Below, in pieces: positions 47,780 through 56,077 of a stretch of DNA of 64,000 bases. The position numbers and the translations under genes are program-made. How positions within the stretch are numbered: position 1 is the first letter of the stretch; each line of letters starts with the position of its first letter. A model generated the notes under the pieces. It made no database searches. It had not been told where the DNA came from and worked only from the letters and a program-made list of their open reading frames with translations. The stretch lies in the IMG/VR virus record IMGVR_UViG_3300012988_000016, positions 62,001-126,000 of that record; one strand, 5' to 3'.

Positions 47780-50188
47780 ATGGATCCGTTTAGTTACAAA
47801 GTTTCAGACAAGCTCTTTTTGGTCCGTCAAGCGGTCGCTACCGAGAAGCCGAAGACGATCGCTGTAACGCCGCCCACCAACCACGTGATGGTGATCGACT
47901 GCTCCGGCTCAATGTACGGAGAATTGCCGAGGATTCGTGAGCAGTTGAAGAAGAAGCTCCCCAAGTTGCTCAAGGCGGAGGACACCATCAGTATCATCTG
48001 GTTCTCGGGCCGGAGAGAGTGCGGTATCTTGCTCGAAGCAGAGCCGGTCGCAAGCTTGAAGGAGCTACAGACAGTCGAAGCTGCGATTGATCGTTGGCTC
48101 CGGCCAGTCGGCTTGACGGGTTTCAAAGACCCGTTGGAGCTCGTTCCAGGCTTGACGAAGAAGATTTCAGCAGCTCGTCCTAACAGCGTGTTCTCGTTGT
48201 TCTTCATGTCGGACGGTTGCGACAATTGCTCCTCTCGCCCTGAGATCATCAAGGCTGTGGAAGCTGCTGGCCAAAGTGTGGCGTCGGCTACTTTCGTCGA
48301 GTATGGCTACTACGCTGATCGTCAATTGCTGGCTCAGATGGCAGAGAAGGCCGGTGGTTCGACCATCTTTGCTCAAGACTTCGATCAATTCGAGCCAGCC
48401 CTGGAAGCCAGCTTGCTGAAGCGAACCTCTGGCGCCCCCAAGATTGAACTGAAGATCGCAGGCGACGCAATCTGTGGTTTCGCTTTCGGCTTCTCTGGCG
48501 ATGATCTGTTGACCTTCGCAGTAGAAGGCTCGGTCATTCATGTCCCCAAGGATCAGCACGACATCTGGTATCTCTCACCCAACAGTGTAGGGACCCAGGG
48601 TGTCGATCTGTTGACCATTTCGGCCGAAGCGGTGGATCCCAATGTGACGGCTTCCTCAAATGCCGAGGTCATGCATCCAGCCTACGCCGCCATCAGCCTT
48701 TTCGCCAACCGTATGAAGTCGGATGTGGTGTTGGCGACGCTCAAGGCGTTGGGGGATGTGACGTTCATCGAGCAATTCTCGACCTGTTTTGGTAAGCAGA
48801 AATACAGCGAGTTCGTGGCCGCTACCCAAAAGGCGGCTTTTGATCGTAGCGTTCGGTTCACCAACGGCCGAGATCTGAACCGTATTCCGAAGGACGATGC
48901 CTTCACGGTGCTGGATCTGCTTCGTGTCTTGTCGAGTGATGACTCAAATCGCTTGCTACTTGAAAGTAAAGACTTTAGGTACAATCGAATCGGGCGTGGT
49001 CAGATCGATTCCAGTTCGGTCCTGACTGATGAAGAACAAGCCGAGGTGGCCCGCCTGACGGCTGAAATGGCCAAGACCAAAGACAGCAATAAGGTGAAGG
49101 AATTCACTGCAAAGATTGCTGCCATCACGGATGCGAAGGACAAGCCCCTCAAGTTCGACGCCACCCCGATTCCGGATGGTGTCGAGATCAATGGTCTGGT
49201 CTACAACGAAGAACGTCCCAATGTGAGCGTTCGCGTCTTGCGTGGAGGTTCGGTCGACCTGAGCGACCGTTTGGCGAAAGCCGATCAGGCCGTGGCCAGC
49301 AAGATCCCGCACACCTTCCCGACCAACATTTGGCGCAACTACACCCTCATCAAGGACGGCTTGGTCAATGTCGAACGCTTGCCGGTCCGCTTGACGGCTG
49401 GTACGATCCGCACGCTCAAAGCACAAGGGATGCCGATCGAGACCATCTTGGGTGTCGATGGTGAGGATGCTGCCCAGGCTCGCATCCGTGCCGCCAAAGC
49501 GTCTGACGGTCGTGACGTCAGTGTGGTGTTCGACCTCAAGAGTCTGCCGATCATCAATCGCCAGATGATCAAAGAGGCGAGTGCTCAGGTCCTGTTCGAG
49601 AAAGAGTTCGAGCTCTGCAAAGCTCGGGCGGCTCAGAAGGTCTACAAGTGGTACTTGGAGCAAAACTTCAAGAAAGTGTCCAAGGGCCTGGCTGAACAAT
49701 ACGGCACAGAAAGTGCCGACTGGCTCAAAGAACAGGGCATCACGGACGGGGGCTTCAACCCCAAGTCGGTCCAAGCAGAGTCTGTGGACGTCTACATGGG
49801 CAAGGAACTGAAGACCAGCCTCAAGGGTCTCTCTACGATCCCCTCTGTGAACGAGGCCAAGAAGAAGATCGCGGCGGCTGGCAAGCTGACCCCCTCGGTC
49901 TCTTTGCTGGTTCCCTACATTGCTGAAGTGGACGCCTACCTGGCCAGTGCTGAGCACAAGGCTGATGAGGCGGCTTTGGAGAAGTGGCTGGGGGATCGAG
50001 CCAAGCAGGCCACTCAGAAGGTGCGAGGGCTGTTGTTCGAACTCTCCAACATCAAGTTCTCGATCATTGTCGGTCAGATCTGGCCAATTGAGTTCAAATC
50101 TTTGGACGAAAACACCCTCACCATTACGGTGGACGGAAACCAGATCGTAGGGACCTTGGAGCAACGGGAAGTAGAGATCAAGATTTGA
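47780..50188 (+). CDS. large vWA (MIDAS) domain protein
   Basis: AAGGAG RBS; MIDAS VIDCSGSM; LTGF; FFMSDG; ~600-aa uncharacterised C-terminal region; strongly C-ending codons. Confidence 0.85.
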   Translation: MDPFSYKVSDKLFLVRQAVATEKPKTIAVTPPTNHVMVIDCSGSMYGELPRIREQLKKKLPKLLKAEDTISIIWFSGRRECGILLEAEPVASLKELQTVEAAIDRWLRPVGLTGFKDPLELVPGLTKKISAARPNSVFSLFFMSDGCDNCSSRPEIIKAVEAAGQSVASATFVEYGYYADRQLLAQMAEKAGGSTIFAQDFDQFEPALEASLLKRTSGAPKIELKIAGDAICGFAFGFSGDDLLTFAVEGSVIHVPKDQHDIWYLSPNSVGTQGVDLLTISAEAVDPNVTASSNAEVMHPAYAAISLFANRMKSDVVLATLKALGDVTFIEQFSTCFGKQKYSEFVAATQKAAFDRSVRFTNGRDLNRIPKDDAFTVLDLLRVLSSDDSNRLLLESKDFRYNRIGRGQIDSSSVLTDEEQAEVARLTAEMAKTKDSNKVKEFTAKIAAITDAKDKPLKFDATPIPDGVEINGLVYNEERPNVSVRVLRGGSVDLSDRLAKADQAVASKIPHTFPTNIWRNYTLIKDGLVNVERLPVRLTAGTIRTLKAQGMPIETILGVDGEDAAQARIRAAKASDGRDVSVVFDLKSLPIINRQMIKEASAQVLFEKEFELCKARAAQKVYKWYLEQNFKKVSKGLAEQYGTESADWLKEQGITDGGFNPKSVQAESVDVYMGKELKTSLKGLSTIPSVNEAKKKIAAAGKLTPSVSLLVPYIAEVDAYLASAEHKADEAALEKWLGDRAKQATQKVRGLLFELSNIKFSIIVGQIWPIEFKSLDENTLTITVDGNQIVGTLEQREVEIKI

Positions 50189-50213
50189 TCCTGCCCCTGC
50201 TCTGAGGGTCATG

Positions 50214-50248
50214 GGCCCTCTCTCAACTAGGTTGGGGGAGGGCCTTTT
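50214..50248 (+). terminator. intrinsic terminator
   Basis: GGCCCTCTCTCAAC-TAG-GTTGGGGGAGGGCC followed by TTTTGCTTTT. Confidence 0.85.
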
Positions 50249-50340
50249 GCTTTTCTACTTATCAGATCCTCCCTAGTGGTTCTAGGGATAGTCCAGAGCC
50301 AGCCCGCACAACAAACCCGGGCAAACGATTGGAAAATACA

Positions 50341-51882
50341 ATGAATCTACGAATTGTCACGGACGGCCTACGTTCGGCCAAGGAGTACGCTAGCCGCATG
50401 TTCTCATTTGACCGCCTCTCCAAGAATGTCGAGGCAGGGTTGTATGCTGCTACCGTCAAAGGGATCTTGCTCTACAAGATCGAGATCGATAAGCGGCTGA
50501 TTTCCTACGGTGATTTGGCTCAAGCTACGAGTCAATTGCCAAAAGGAGGTCAGTTGGCTCAAGCATTGCAGAAGATTGCAGAAGATGACCAGACCCATGG
50601 TCGCCCCCTGTCGACCTGTATCGTGGTCAATGAGGCAACCAAGATGCCAGGTGATGGCTTCTTTCGTCAATGTTTGGACCTAGGGCACAAGTTCGAGGAG
50701 ACCCCTACAGGACGTCTGTTGTTCTGGCGAGCAATGTTGAAGTCATTGGGTGTAGTGACCGACAGGGGGTCCGATGAGTGGGTCTCGGTGTGTGGGGCCC
50801 TTGACCTAAATATCGAGAAATCGTCTGAAATAGACACCCTTCAGAGCCTATGGTCCTTGGAGGAATTGCAAGAGGCCAAAGCAGCCGCTGAGGCGACTGA
50901 GAGACAGCTCAAGCAATATCGTTCTGACCCTCACACGAAAGGAGCAGGGCGTCCCGCCATTTCCACACTTTTTAACGATCGCCCACAACCTGACCGGGAT
51001 TCTCCCCCTCCCCCTGATCCTGTAGTTCGTAGGCTTTCTGGCTTTGGTGATTGGGAACAACAGAAGAAGCGAGCCTTCGCTAGTGGGGTGTTGCGCGTCC
51101 CGCCTCGCAACCTGCAGAAGGGTGACGTGGTGTTGGGAGTCGACAATCAGGAGCTGGTGGTAGCTTCAGTGACGACCCAGGGAGAAACTGGTGGCCCTGA
51201 CATCGTTATCTGGACCGACACTACTGGCCGTCAGCACCGCGAATTAGCGGTGGGGAGTCACAGAAGGGTAAAGCGAGCGGCTGAGCCTAGCGTGGCGGTT
51301 GAAACTGAGCCTCAAGATTCTGGGCCAGCAAGATCAGAGGAAGGCCACTCAATCGTAGCTTCAGTAGAAATGCCAGGTGGTTTGTTGTGGGATCCGTATC
51401 GATTGAGTCCGTACGACTCTCTCAAGAGGACGTTCCCCACTGTGGCAGGGTTGACGTTTCGATACATCCATCCCGCCACTAGTCGGATCGATCCTACGAA
51501 CGATCAGTTGGTTGAACATACGATGAGCGAGAAGTCCGCCATGCTGTTGTGCATCTCGGCGCCACCCAACGTCAAAATCCCTAAGGACAAGCTACCAGGT
51601 GCCCTAAACTACCCTCAAAGGGGTGTGCCTACCATGGATGTGCCGTTGGAAGAGTATGGTTACGCGATAACTTTTCGAGATCGCCTTCCTACCGAAGGAG
51701 AGATCAAGAGCTGGACGGTGGTTCCGACTGTAGAAGAGTTGGCAAAACGAGACCGTGGAAGGACTTTAGATCCAAAGCCTTCTCTGGAAGACGTGGCTTG
51801 GCGTGCCGCCGAGCACGCACGCAATACGGTCCTTAGGAACCGTAAGCCTGCTACGCCTAAGCGTAAGCCTGCTAAGAAGTGA
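50341..51882 (+). CDS. multidomain hypothetical protein with N-terminal winged-helix-like domain
   Basis: ISYGDLA...LAQALQKI...GRPLSTCIVVNEATKMPGDGFF; central SH3-like segment; basic C-tail. Confidence 0.7.
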   Translation: MNLRIVTDGLRSAKEYASRMFSFDRLSKNVEAGLYAATVKGILLYKIEIDKRLISYGDLAQATSQLPKGGQLAQALQKIAEDDQTHGRPLSTCIVVNEATKMPGDGFFRQCLDLGHKFEETPTGRLLFWRAMLKSLGVVTDRGSDEWVSVCGALDLNIEKSSEIDTLQSLWSLEELQEAKAAAEATERQLKQYRSDPHTKGAGRPAISTLFNDRPQPDRDSPPPPDPVVRRLSGFGDWEQQKKRAFASGVLRVPPRNLQKGDVVLGVDNQELVVASVTTQGETGGPDIVIWTDTTGRQHRELAVGSHRRVKRAAEPSVAVETEPQDSGPARSEEGHSIVASVEMPGGLLWDPYRLSPYDSLKRTFPTVAGLTFRYIHPATSRIDPTNDQLVEHTMSEKSAMLLCISAPPNVKIPKDKLPGALNYPQRGVPTMDVPLEEYGYAITFRDRLPTEGEIKSWTVVPTVEELAKRDRGRTLDPKPSLEDVAWRAAEHARNTVLRNRKPATPKRKPAKK

Positions 51883-52120
51883 CCCCACCCAAGATGGGCG
51901 GCAGATAGTCGTCATCATCGTCGTCAACGTCCACATCGAGAACCACATAGAGCGGCTGGCTCCGATGACCCCCATGGACGTTGACGACGATCGCTATCGT
52001 GAAACCGAGCTTCTTGACCGCCGAGTTGGCAATCGATTTGGCGACTTCGAGTTTGGATCGATTCCAAACACGCTCTGACCCATCGTTTGCCTTCGCTTTG
52101 ATCTCGAATTCATCAGTCAT
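51872..52120 (-). CDS. small acidic hypothetical protein
   Basis: 82 aa; DVDVDDDDDD tract; coupled to the upstream minus-strand gene. Confidence 0.6.
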   Translation of the reverse strand: MTDEFEIKAKANDGSERVWNRSKLEVAKSIANSAVKKLGFTIAIVVNVHGGHRSQPLYVVLDVDVDDDDDDYLPPILGGVTS

Positions 52121-52419
52121 TTTTGAGACCTGAAATAATTGCGTTGAACTCGTTTTGGCTTTGGAGGCTCTTCCGGATCGCGTGGGATGTTGCCGTTACT
52201 GACAGCTTCTTTGACTTGTTGTTCGGCCGCTTCCCACAAGCCAATGCCAGTCAGCCAGAAGGGCTCCGCATTGGAGCTGCACCAATCCTGCAGTTCCATC
52301 TGCTGTTGATCCGTCAAATCCCTTGATCCGTACCCTTTCACGAAAGCAGGAGGTTCCTTGCCAGTCATCGCTTTGAGGACATCTCGGAACGGGTCTTTTG
52401 GTTGTGCCAGATAGGACAT
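52117..52419 (-). CDS. hypothetical protein
   Basis: 100 aa; part of the minus-strand run. Confidence 0.7.
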   Translation of the reverse strand: MSYLAQPKDPFRDVLKAMTGKEPPAFVKGYGSRDLTDQQQMELQDWCSSNAEPFWLTGIGLWEAAEQQVKEAVSNGNIPRDPEEPPKPKRVQRNYFRSQK

Positions 52420-52422
52420 GCT

Positions 52423-52593
52423 TCAGGCCGCCTCTTCGATGGATTCACGGTTGAGACGGCGAGCACGCTTGCGAGAGCGGCGGATGTGCTGCTTGTCGAC
52501 GTTGGGGCGGTGACGGGTCTTGATGGTGCCGAGGGTGCAGCAGCCGTAGCGGCAGGTCTGATTTTCGCTGGGGGTATTGCCGTAGGGTTTCAT
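52423..52593 (-). CDS. small basic Cys-motif protein (56 aa, below the track cutoff)
   Basis: AGGAG RBS; MKPYGNTPSENQTCRYGCCTLGTIKTRHRPNVDKQHIRRSRKRARRLNRESIEEAA. Confidence 0.75.
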   Translation of the reverse strand: MKPYGNTPSENQTCRYGCCTLGTIKTRHRPNVDKQHIRRSRKRARRLNRESIEEAA

Positions 52594-52620
52594 GGGTGTC
52601 TCCTACCAGATAGAACGGAT

Positions 52621-52815
52621 TCAGGGGTTTTGAATTAAGGCTTCGTCAGCTTTTTGTTCTTCGGCTAGCTCAGCCTCGATGCCTTTGAGGAACACTTTGG
52701 CTGCCGCCACTTCGTAAGGATTGAACTGATCGACCGGCTGGTCGCGAACAAGGTATTGGACGATTCGATCGATTCGTTGATTGAATTCGGGGTCCGTGTA
52801 GGTTTGGGCGGCCAT
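52621..52815 (-). CDS. small hypothetical protein (64 aa)
   Basis: Probable start MAAQTYTDPEF; first gene of the divergent minus-strand unit. Confidence 0.6.
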   Translation of the reverse strand: MAAQTYTDPEFNQRIDRIVQYLVRDQPVDQFNPYEVAAAKVFLKGIEAELAEEQKADEALIQNP

Positions 52816-52872
52816 GATGATTGAACGGATGGTTCGAGAAATAGTTAAGACGCCGCAATTAGTCTTTTGTTT

Positions 52873-52878
52873 GGTGTA
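52873..52878 (+). promoter_or_regulatory. GGTGTA motif in the divergent intergenic region
   Basis: 8 nt before ATG 52887. Confidence 0.6.
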
Positions 52879-52886
52879 ACTGGACG

Positions 52887-53267
52887 ATGACAATGACATT
52901 TGTAGCAGTTCAGTTCAAAGAGAGTGAAACGTCGCACCAACTGGTCGAACGTTTCATGCAGACCTCCGCCGCCAAGGAGCTAAAGTTCACCCAATTGGAG
53001 GTGTTGGGCGTGCTTCTGTTGGGGAAGAACAAGTACTTGCGGTTCAGAACCGACAGCAGACACGTTCCAGAAATACTGGGCCAGCTGTTACTTGATGGTC
53101 GAGGTGTGGTGCACCAGGACGGGGGAGGCTATTCGGTCAAGTTGCCGTCAGGTAAGAAAGGTATCGCCTCAGCTGCCGCCATGCAGGCCATCGGAGACCC
53201 GACGCTGAAGAGGGTCTACAAGGGGACGGCCATCAAGCTGTGGGATCGGCAGTTTATGCCGTCTTAA
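52887..53267 (+). CDS. hypothetical protein
   Basis: 126 aa. Confidence 0.7.
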   Translation: MTMTFVAVQFKESETSHQLVERFMQTSAAKELKFTQLEVLGVLLLGKNKYLRFRTDSRHVPEILGQLLLDGRGVVHQDGGGYSVKLPSGKKGIASAAAMQAIGDPTLKRVYKGTAIKLWDRQFMPS

Positions 53268-53299
53268 AGCTTTCATCGGTTCCCCTAGGGTGGACGCCT

Positions 53300-54049
53300 A
53301 TGAAAATAGCTACAATTCAGTTCGCTCCCGTACTCAAGGATGTGGAAGGCAACCTTAGGACGGTAGCTAGGATGATCATTGAGGCCGCTGAAAAAGGGGC
53401 TGAATTGATCGTGTGCCCTGAATTGTGCACAACTGGCTACAGCTTCATGAGCTCTGAAGATGCTGAGCCATATGCAGAGGTGATCTCTAACTACATGAGA
53501 TCCGGATCCCCGCCTCGTTCTATGGAGGTGATGGGGGCGTTGGCCAAGAAGTACCAGATAGCCATCGCTTGGGGGGTGATGGAGAAGGATTATGTCTCTG
53601 GTAAACTCTACAATAGCCAAGTTCTGATGTTGCCCAACCAGACCTTCGTACAGGTAGCCAAACTGAACCGATGGGGGAACGACTACCTCTGGGCAGAAGC
53701 TGGTACAGCCAGTCCCCCCATCATCGATTTCTTGGGCAAACGCATAGGATTGCTGATTTGCCGCGACATTCGGAACAAGTCATCCAAACTAACGGACCTT
53801 TACGAAGCAGGAGACGCCGATATCGTCTGCTTCAGCTCGAACTTTGGGGACGGCGGCTTCCCCAGCACAACGTGGATGGACTTCGCAGTCGATAATCGAG
53901 TGTGGTTAGCTGTCAGTAACCGATACGGTCAAGAGACCTGCAACAATTTCGGTGAGGGTGGAATATGCGTGATTTCACCCAAGGGTAAAGTCTACTGTGA
54001 TGGCGTAGAGTGGAACAAGCCTTGCATCGTCTACGCTGATATCCTTTGA
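53300..54049 (+). CDS. carbon-nitrogen hydrolase (nitrilase superfamily amidase)
   Basis: MKIATIQF; catalytic triad E (CPELCTTGY), K (VAKLNRW), C (LLICRD); KLYNS; AVSNRYG. Confidence 0.9.
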   Translation: MKIATIQFAPVLKDVEGNLRTVARMIIEAAEKGAELIVCPELCTTGYSFMSSEDAEPYAEVISNYMRSGSPPRSMEVMGALAKKYQIAIAWGVMEKDYVSGKLYNSQVLMLPNQTFVQVAKLNRWGNDYLWAEAGTASPPIIDFLGKRIGLLICRDIRNKSSKLTDLYEAGDADIVCFSSNFGDGGFPSTTWMDFAVDNRVWLAVSNRYGQETCNNFGEGGICVISPKGKVYCDGVEWNKPCIVYADIL

Positions 54050-54061
54050 GTTCTAGGGGTT

Positions 54062-54067
54062 GGTGTA
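54062..54067 (+). promoter_or_regulatory. GGTGTA motif upstream of clpX
   Basis: 9 nt before ATG 54077; no SD between motif and start. Confidence 0.6.
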
Positions 54068-54076
54068 AAGACCCCT

Positions 54077-55318
54077 ATGAGAAGCTGCGATCTTTGCCAA
54101 CGGCCTGAGAACGAAGTCAAGCAAATCGTCGAACTGATCAAGGATGGTCCTTGCATTTGCAATCGTTGTTTCGGCACAGCCGCCGGCTTGATGAATGCGG
54201 CTCAGAAGCCTAAAGAAGAGCCGCTACTTCTAAAACCCAAAGCAATTTACTCCCGTTTGGGCGATTATGTGGTGGGGCAAGATGCCTCCCGTCAAGATCT
54301 GTCAGTAGCGGTCTACAACCACTACAAGCGGCGTGACGCTGCTAAACGAGGCTTGTTGTTGCAGGATGTTGAGATTCAGAAGAGCAACATCCTGATCCTG
54401 GGTCCTAGCGGAACCGGCAAAACCCAGATGGCACGCACGCTAGCTAGACTGCTGAAGGTGCCATTCTTTGTCGGAGACGCCACTCGATTGACCCAGACGG
54501 GCTATGTGGGTGAGGATGTCGAAACGTTGGTTGAAGGCCTCGTAACAGCAGCTGGCAATGACCCTGAGAAGGCCGAGTGGGGGATCATCTTCCTGGATGA
54601 AGTGGACAAGATTGCTCGAAAGAGTGGTCGGGAAGCGGCTGGTTACCGAGACATCTCAGGAGAGGCGGTCCAGCAAGCACTGTTGAAGCTGCTGGAAGGT
54701 ACACAGTTGACGCTATCCAAAGGTGGCCTCAATGGTATGGGGAACGAGACCTACACGATCGATACCAGTAATATCCTGTTCATTTGTGCAGGATCGTTTG
54801 CTGGAATTGAGGAGTCGGTCAACCGTCGAAAGAATAAGCATGTGAAGGTGGGATTTGGTTCGGAATCCCGCCAACAGCACACCTCTGCAGAGGCCTATCT
54901 AGCGATTGAGGAAGAAGATTTGCTGGATTTCGGCCTGATTCCTGAAATGTTGGGCCGCATCCCTGTCAGGACTACCACCATCCCATTGACGGAAGATGAG
55001 ATGGTCAGGATTCTGACTGAACCCAAGGACGCCATCATTCGACAGGTCAAAGCCTTGTTTGAGATGGACGGTATCGATCTTCATTTTGATGATGAGGCGC
55101 TCCGAGCTATTGGCCAAAAAGCGATCAAGAGCCAGACAGGTGCGAGAGCGTTGCGGACTATCGTTGAACGGATCCTCAAAACCTATGCTTTTGAATGCCC
55201 CAGTGATCCTACCGTAAAAGGCATCATGATCACCAAGGCAGCGGTAGAGGGGACGGCTGAGGCGGCCATTTTGCGGGAACCTTTGGAAGTGCAGCCTCTT
55301 GCCATCCAGGCAGGCTGA
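54077..55318 (+). CDS. clpX: ClpX ATP-dependent unfoldase
   Basis: Zn-binding CDLC...CNRC; KSNILILGPSGTGKT; GYVG pore loop; IIFLDEVDKIARKS; VQQALLKLLEG; VGF ClpP-docking loop; TGARALR. Confidence 0.95.
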   Translation: MRSCDLCQRPENEVKQIVELIKDGPCICNRCFGTAAGLMNAAQKPKEEPLLLKPKAIYSRLGDYVVGQDASRQDLSVAVYNHYKRRDAAKRGLLLQDVEIQKSNILILGPSGTGKTQMARTLARLLKVPFFVGDATRLTQTGYVGEDVETLVEGLVTAAGNDPEKAEWGIIFLDEVDKIARKSGREAAGYRDISGEAVQQALLKLLEGTQLTLSKGGLNGMGNETYTIDTSNILFICAGSFAGIEESVNRRKNKHVKVGFGSESRQQHTSAEAYLAIEEEDLLDFGLIPEMLGRIPVRTTTIPLTEDEMVRILTEPKDAIIRQVKALFEMDGIDLHFDDEALRAIGQKAIKSQTGARALRTIVERILKTYAFECPSDPTVKGIMITKAAVEGTAEAAILREPLEVQPLAIQAG

Positions 55319-55354
55319 TAGTCCACTCATAGGGTCTCCCCTAGCAGGGAACCT

Positions 55355-56074
55355 ATGAGTCTTACCAAACGCATCCTCAGTCGCCATAAAGAAGCTGCTT
55401 TGACCTCCAGAGTGGCGCTCCGATTCAAGCAAGCTGACTATGACGGCAAGTTTTTGGGGAAGGACGCCCGACTTCAGTGGGGCCGCCATCAGTGGTTCCT
55501 GGAGGAGTTGCCGCAAAAGGGTAAGAAGAAGCTCAAGTCGAAGACCTTGCAAAATCCGTCTAGTTACGGAGCCTTCGATATGTGGATCCCTGAGAACATC
55601 CTTCACTTTGCCAAGCTGACCTCTTCAGACGACTTCGAAGCCATTGAGAAGAAGTTGTTGGAAGCCTACGATGAGGCGTACAAGCGCACCGCATCTCCTG
55701 ATCATAGGAATCAGAAAGAGACGGCCGCCCTTGAGCAGAACGACTGGATCAAAGGGATCAAGTGGTATGGTCAGGACGTCTTTTACCTCAATGTCATCCC
55801 TGAAGGGGTGGACGAGTTCGTGGCTGAGGGTAAGAATTTCAGTGTCAAGGTGAAGTGGGGGGAATTCGCGTCTTTCTCCCCTGATTCTGATTTTCAGCAA
55901 GCAGACCCGCACTATACCAAGTACGTCTCCAAGAGTCCGACCGCTGCTCGCAAGTTTTACATGATGCTGAAGCAGGATCCCAAGCAACTATCTAGCGTAT
56001 CGTGGGACCAATTTGGCGCTTGGCTGGATAAGAATAAGATCCCCTACGACACTCGTTTCTCTAGCTGGCACTGA
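55355..56074 (+). CDS. hypothetical protein with repeated R(V/I)xxR(H/F)KxA N-terminal motif
   Basis: 239 aa; KRILSRHKEAA-LTSRVALRFKQA. Confidence 0.75.
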   Translation: MSLTKRILSRHKEAALTSRVALRFKQADYDGKFLGKDARLQWGRHQWFLEELPQKGKKKLKSKTLQNPSSYGAFDMWIPENILHFAKLTSSDDFEAIEKKLLEAYDEAYKRTASPDHRNQKETAALEQNDWIKGIKWYGQDVFYLNVIPEGVDEFVAEGKNFSVKVKWGEFASFSPDSDFQQADPHYTKYVSKSPTAARKFYMMLKQDPKQLSSVSWDQFGAWLDKNKIPYDTRFSSWH

Positions 56075-56077
56075 CCC

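Noticed and set aside
48956-50212. 418-aa minus-strand ORF (also 34481..35113, 43475..44104, 23144..23830 and similar)
   Set aside because: They lie antisense to well-supported genes with biased codon usage that suppresses reverse-strand stops; the translations are not protein-like and have no RBS.
51100-51270. LQKGDVVLGVDNQELVV as a possible intein/Hint start
   Set aside because: No N-terminal Cys/Ser nucleophile context and no terminal HN motif; more likely SH3-like. PolA and DnaB also show no intein-sized insertions.
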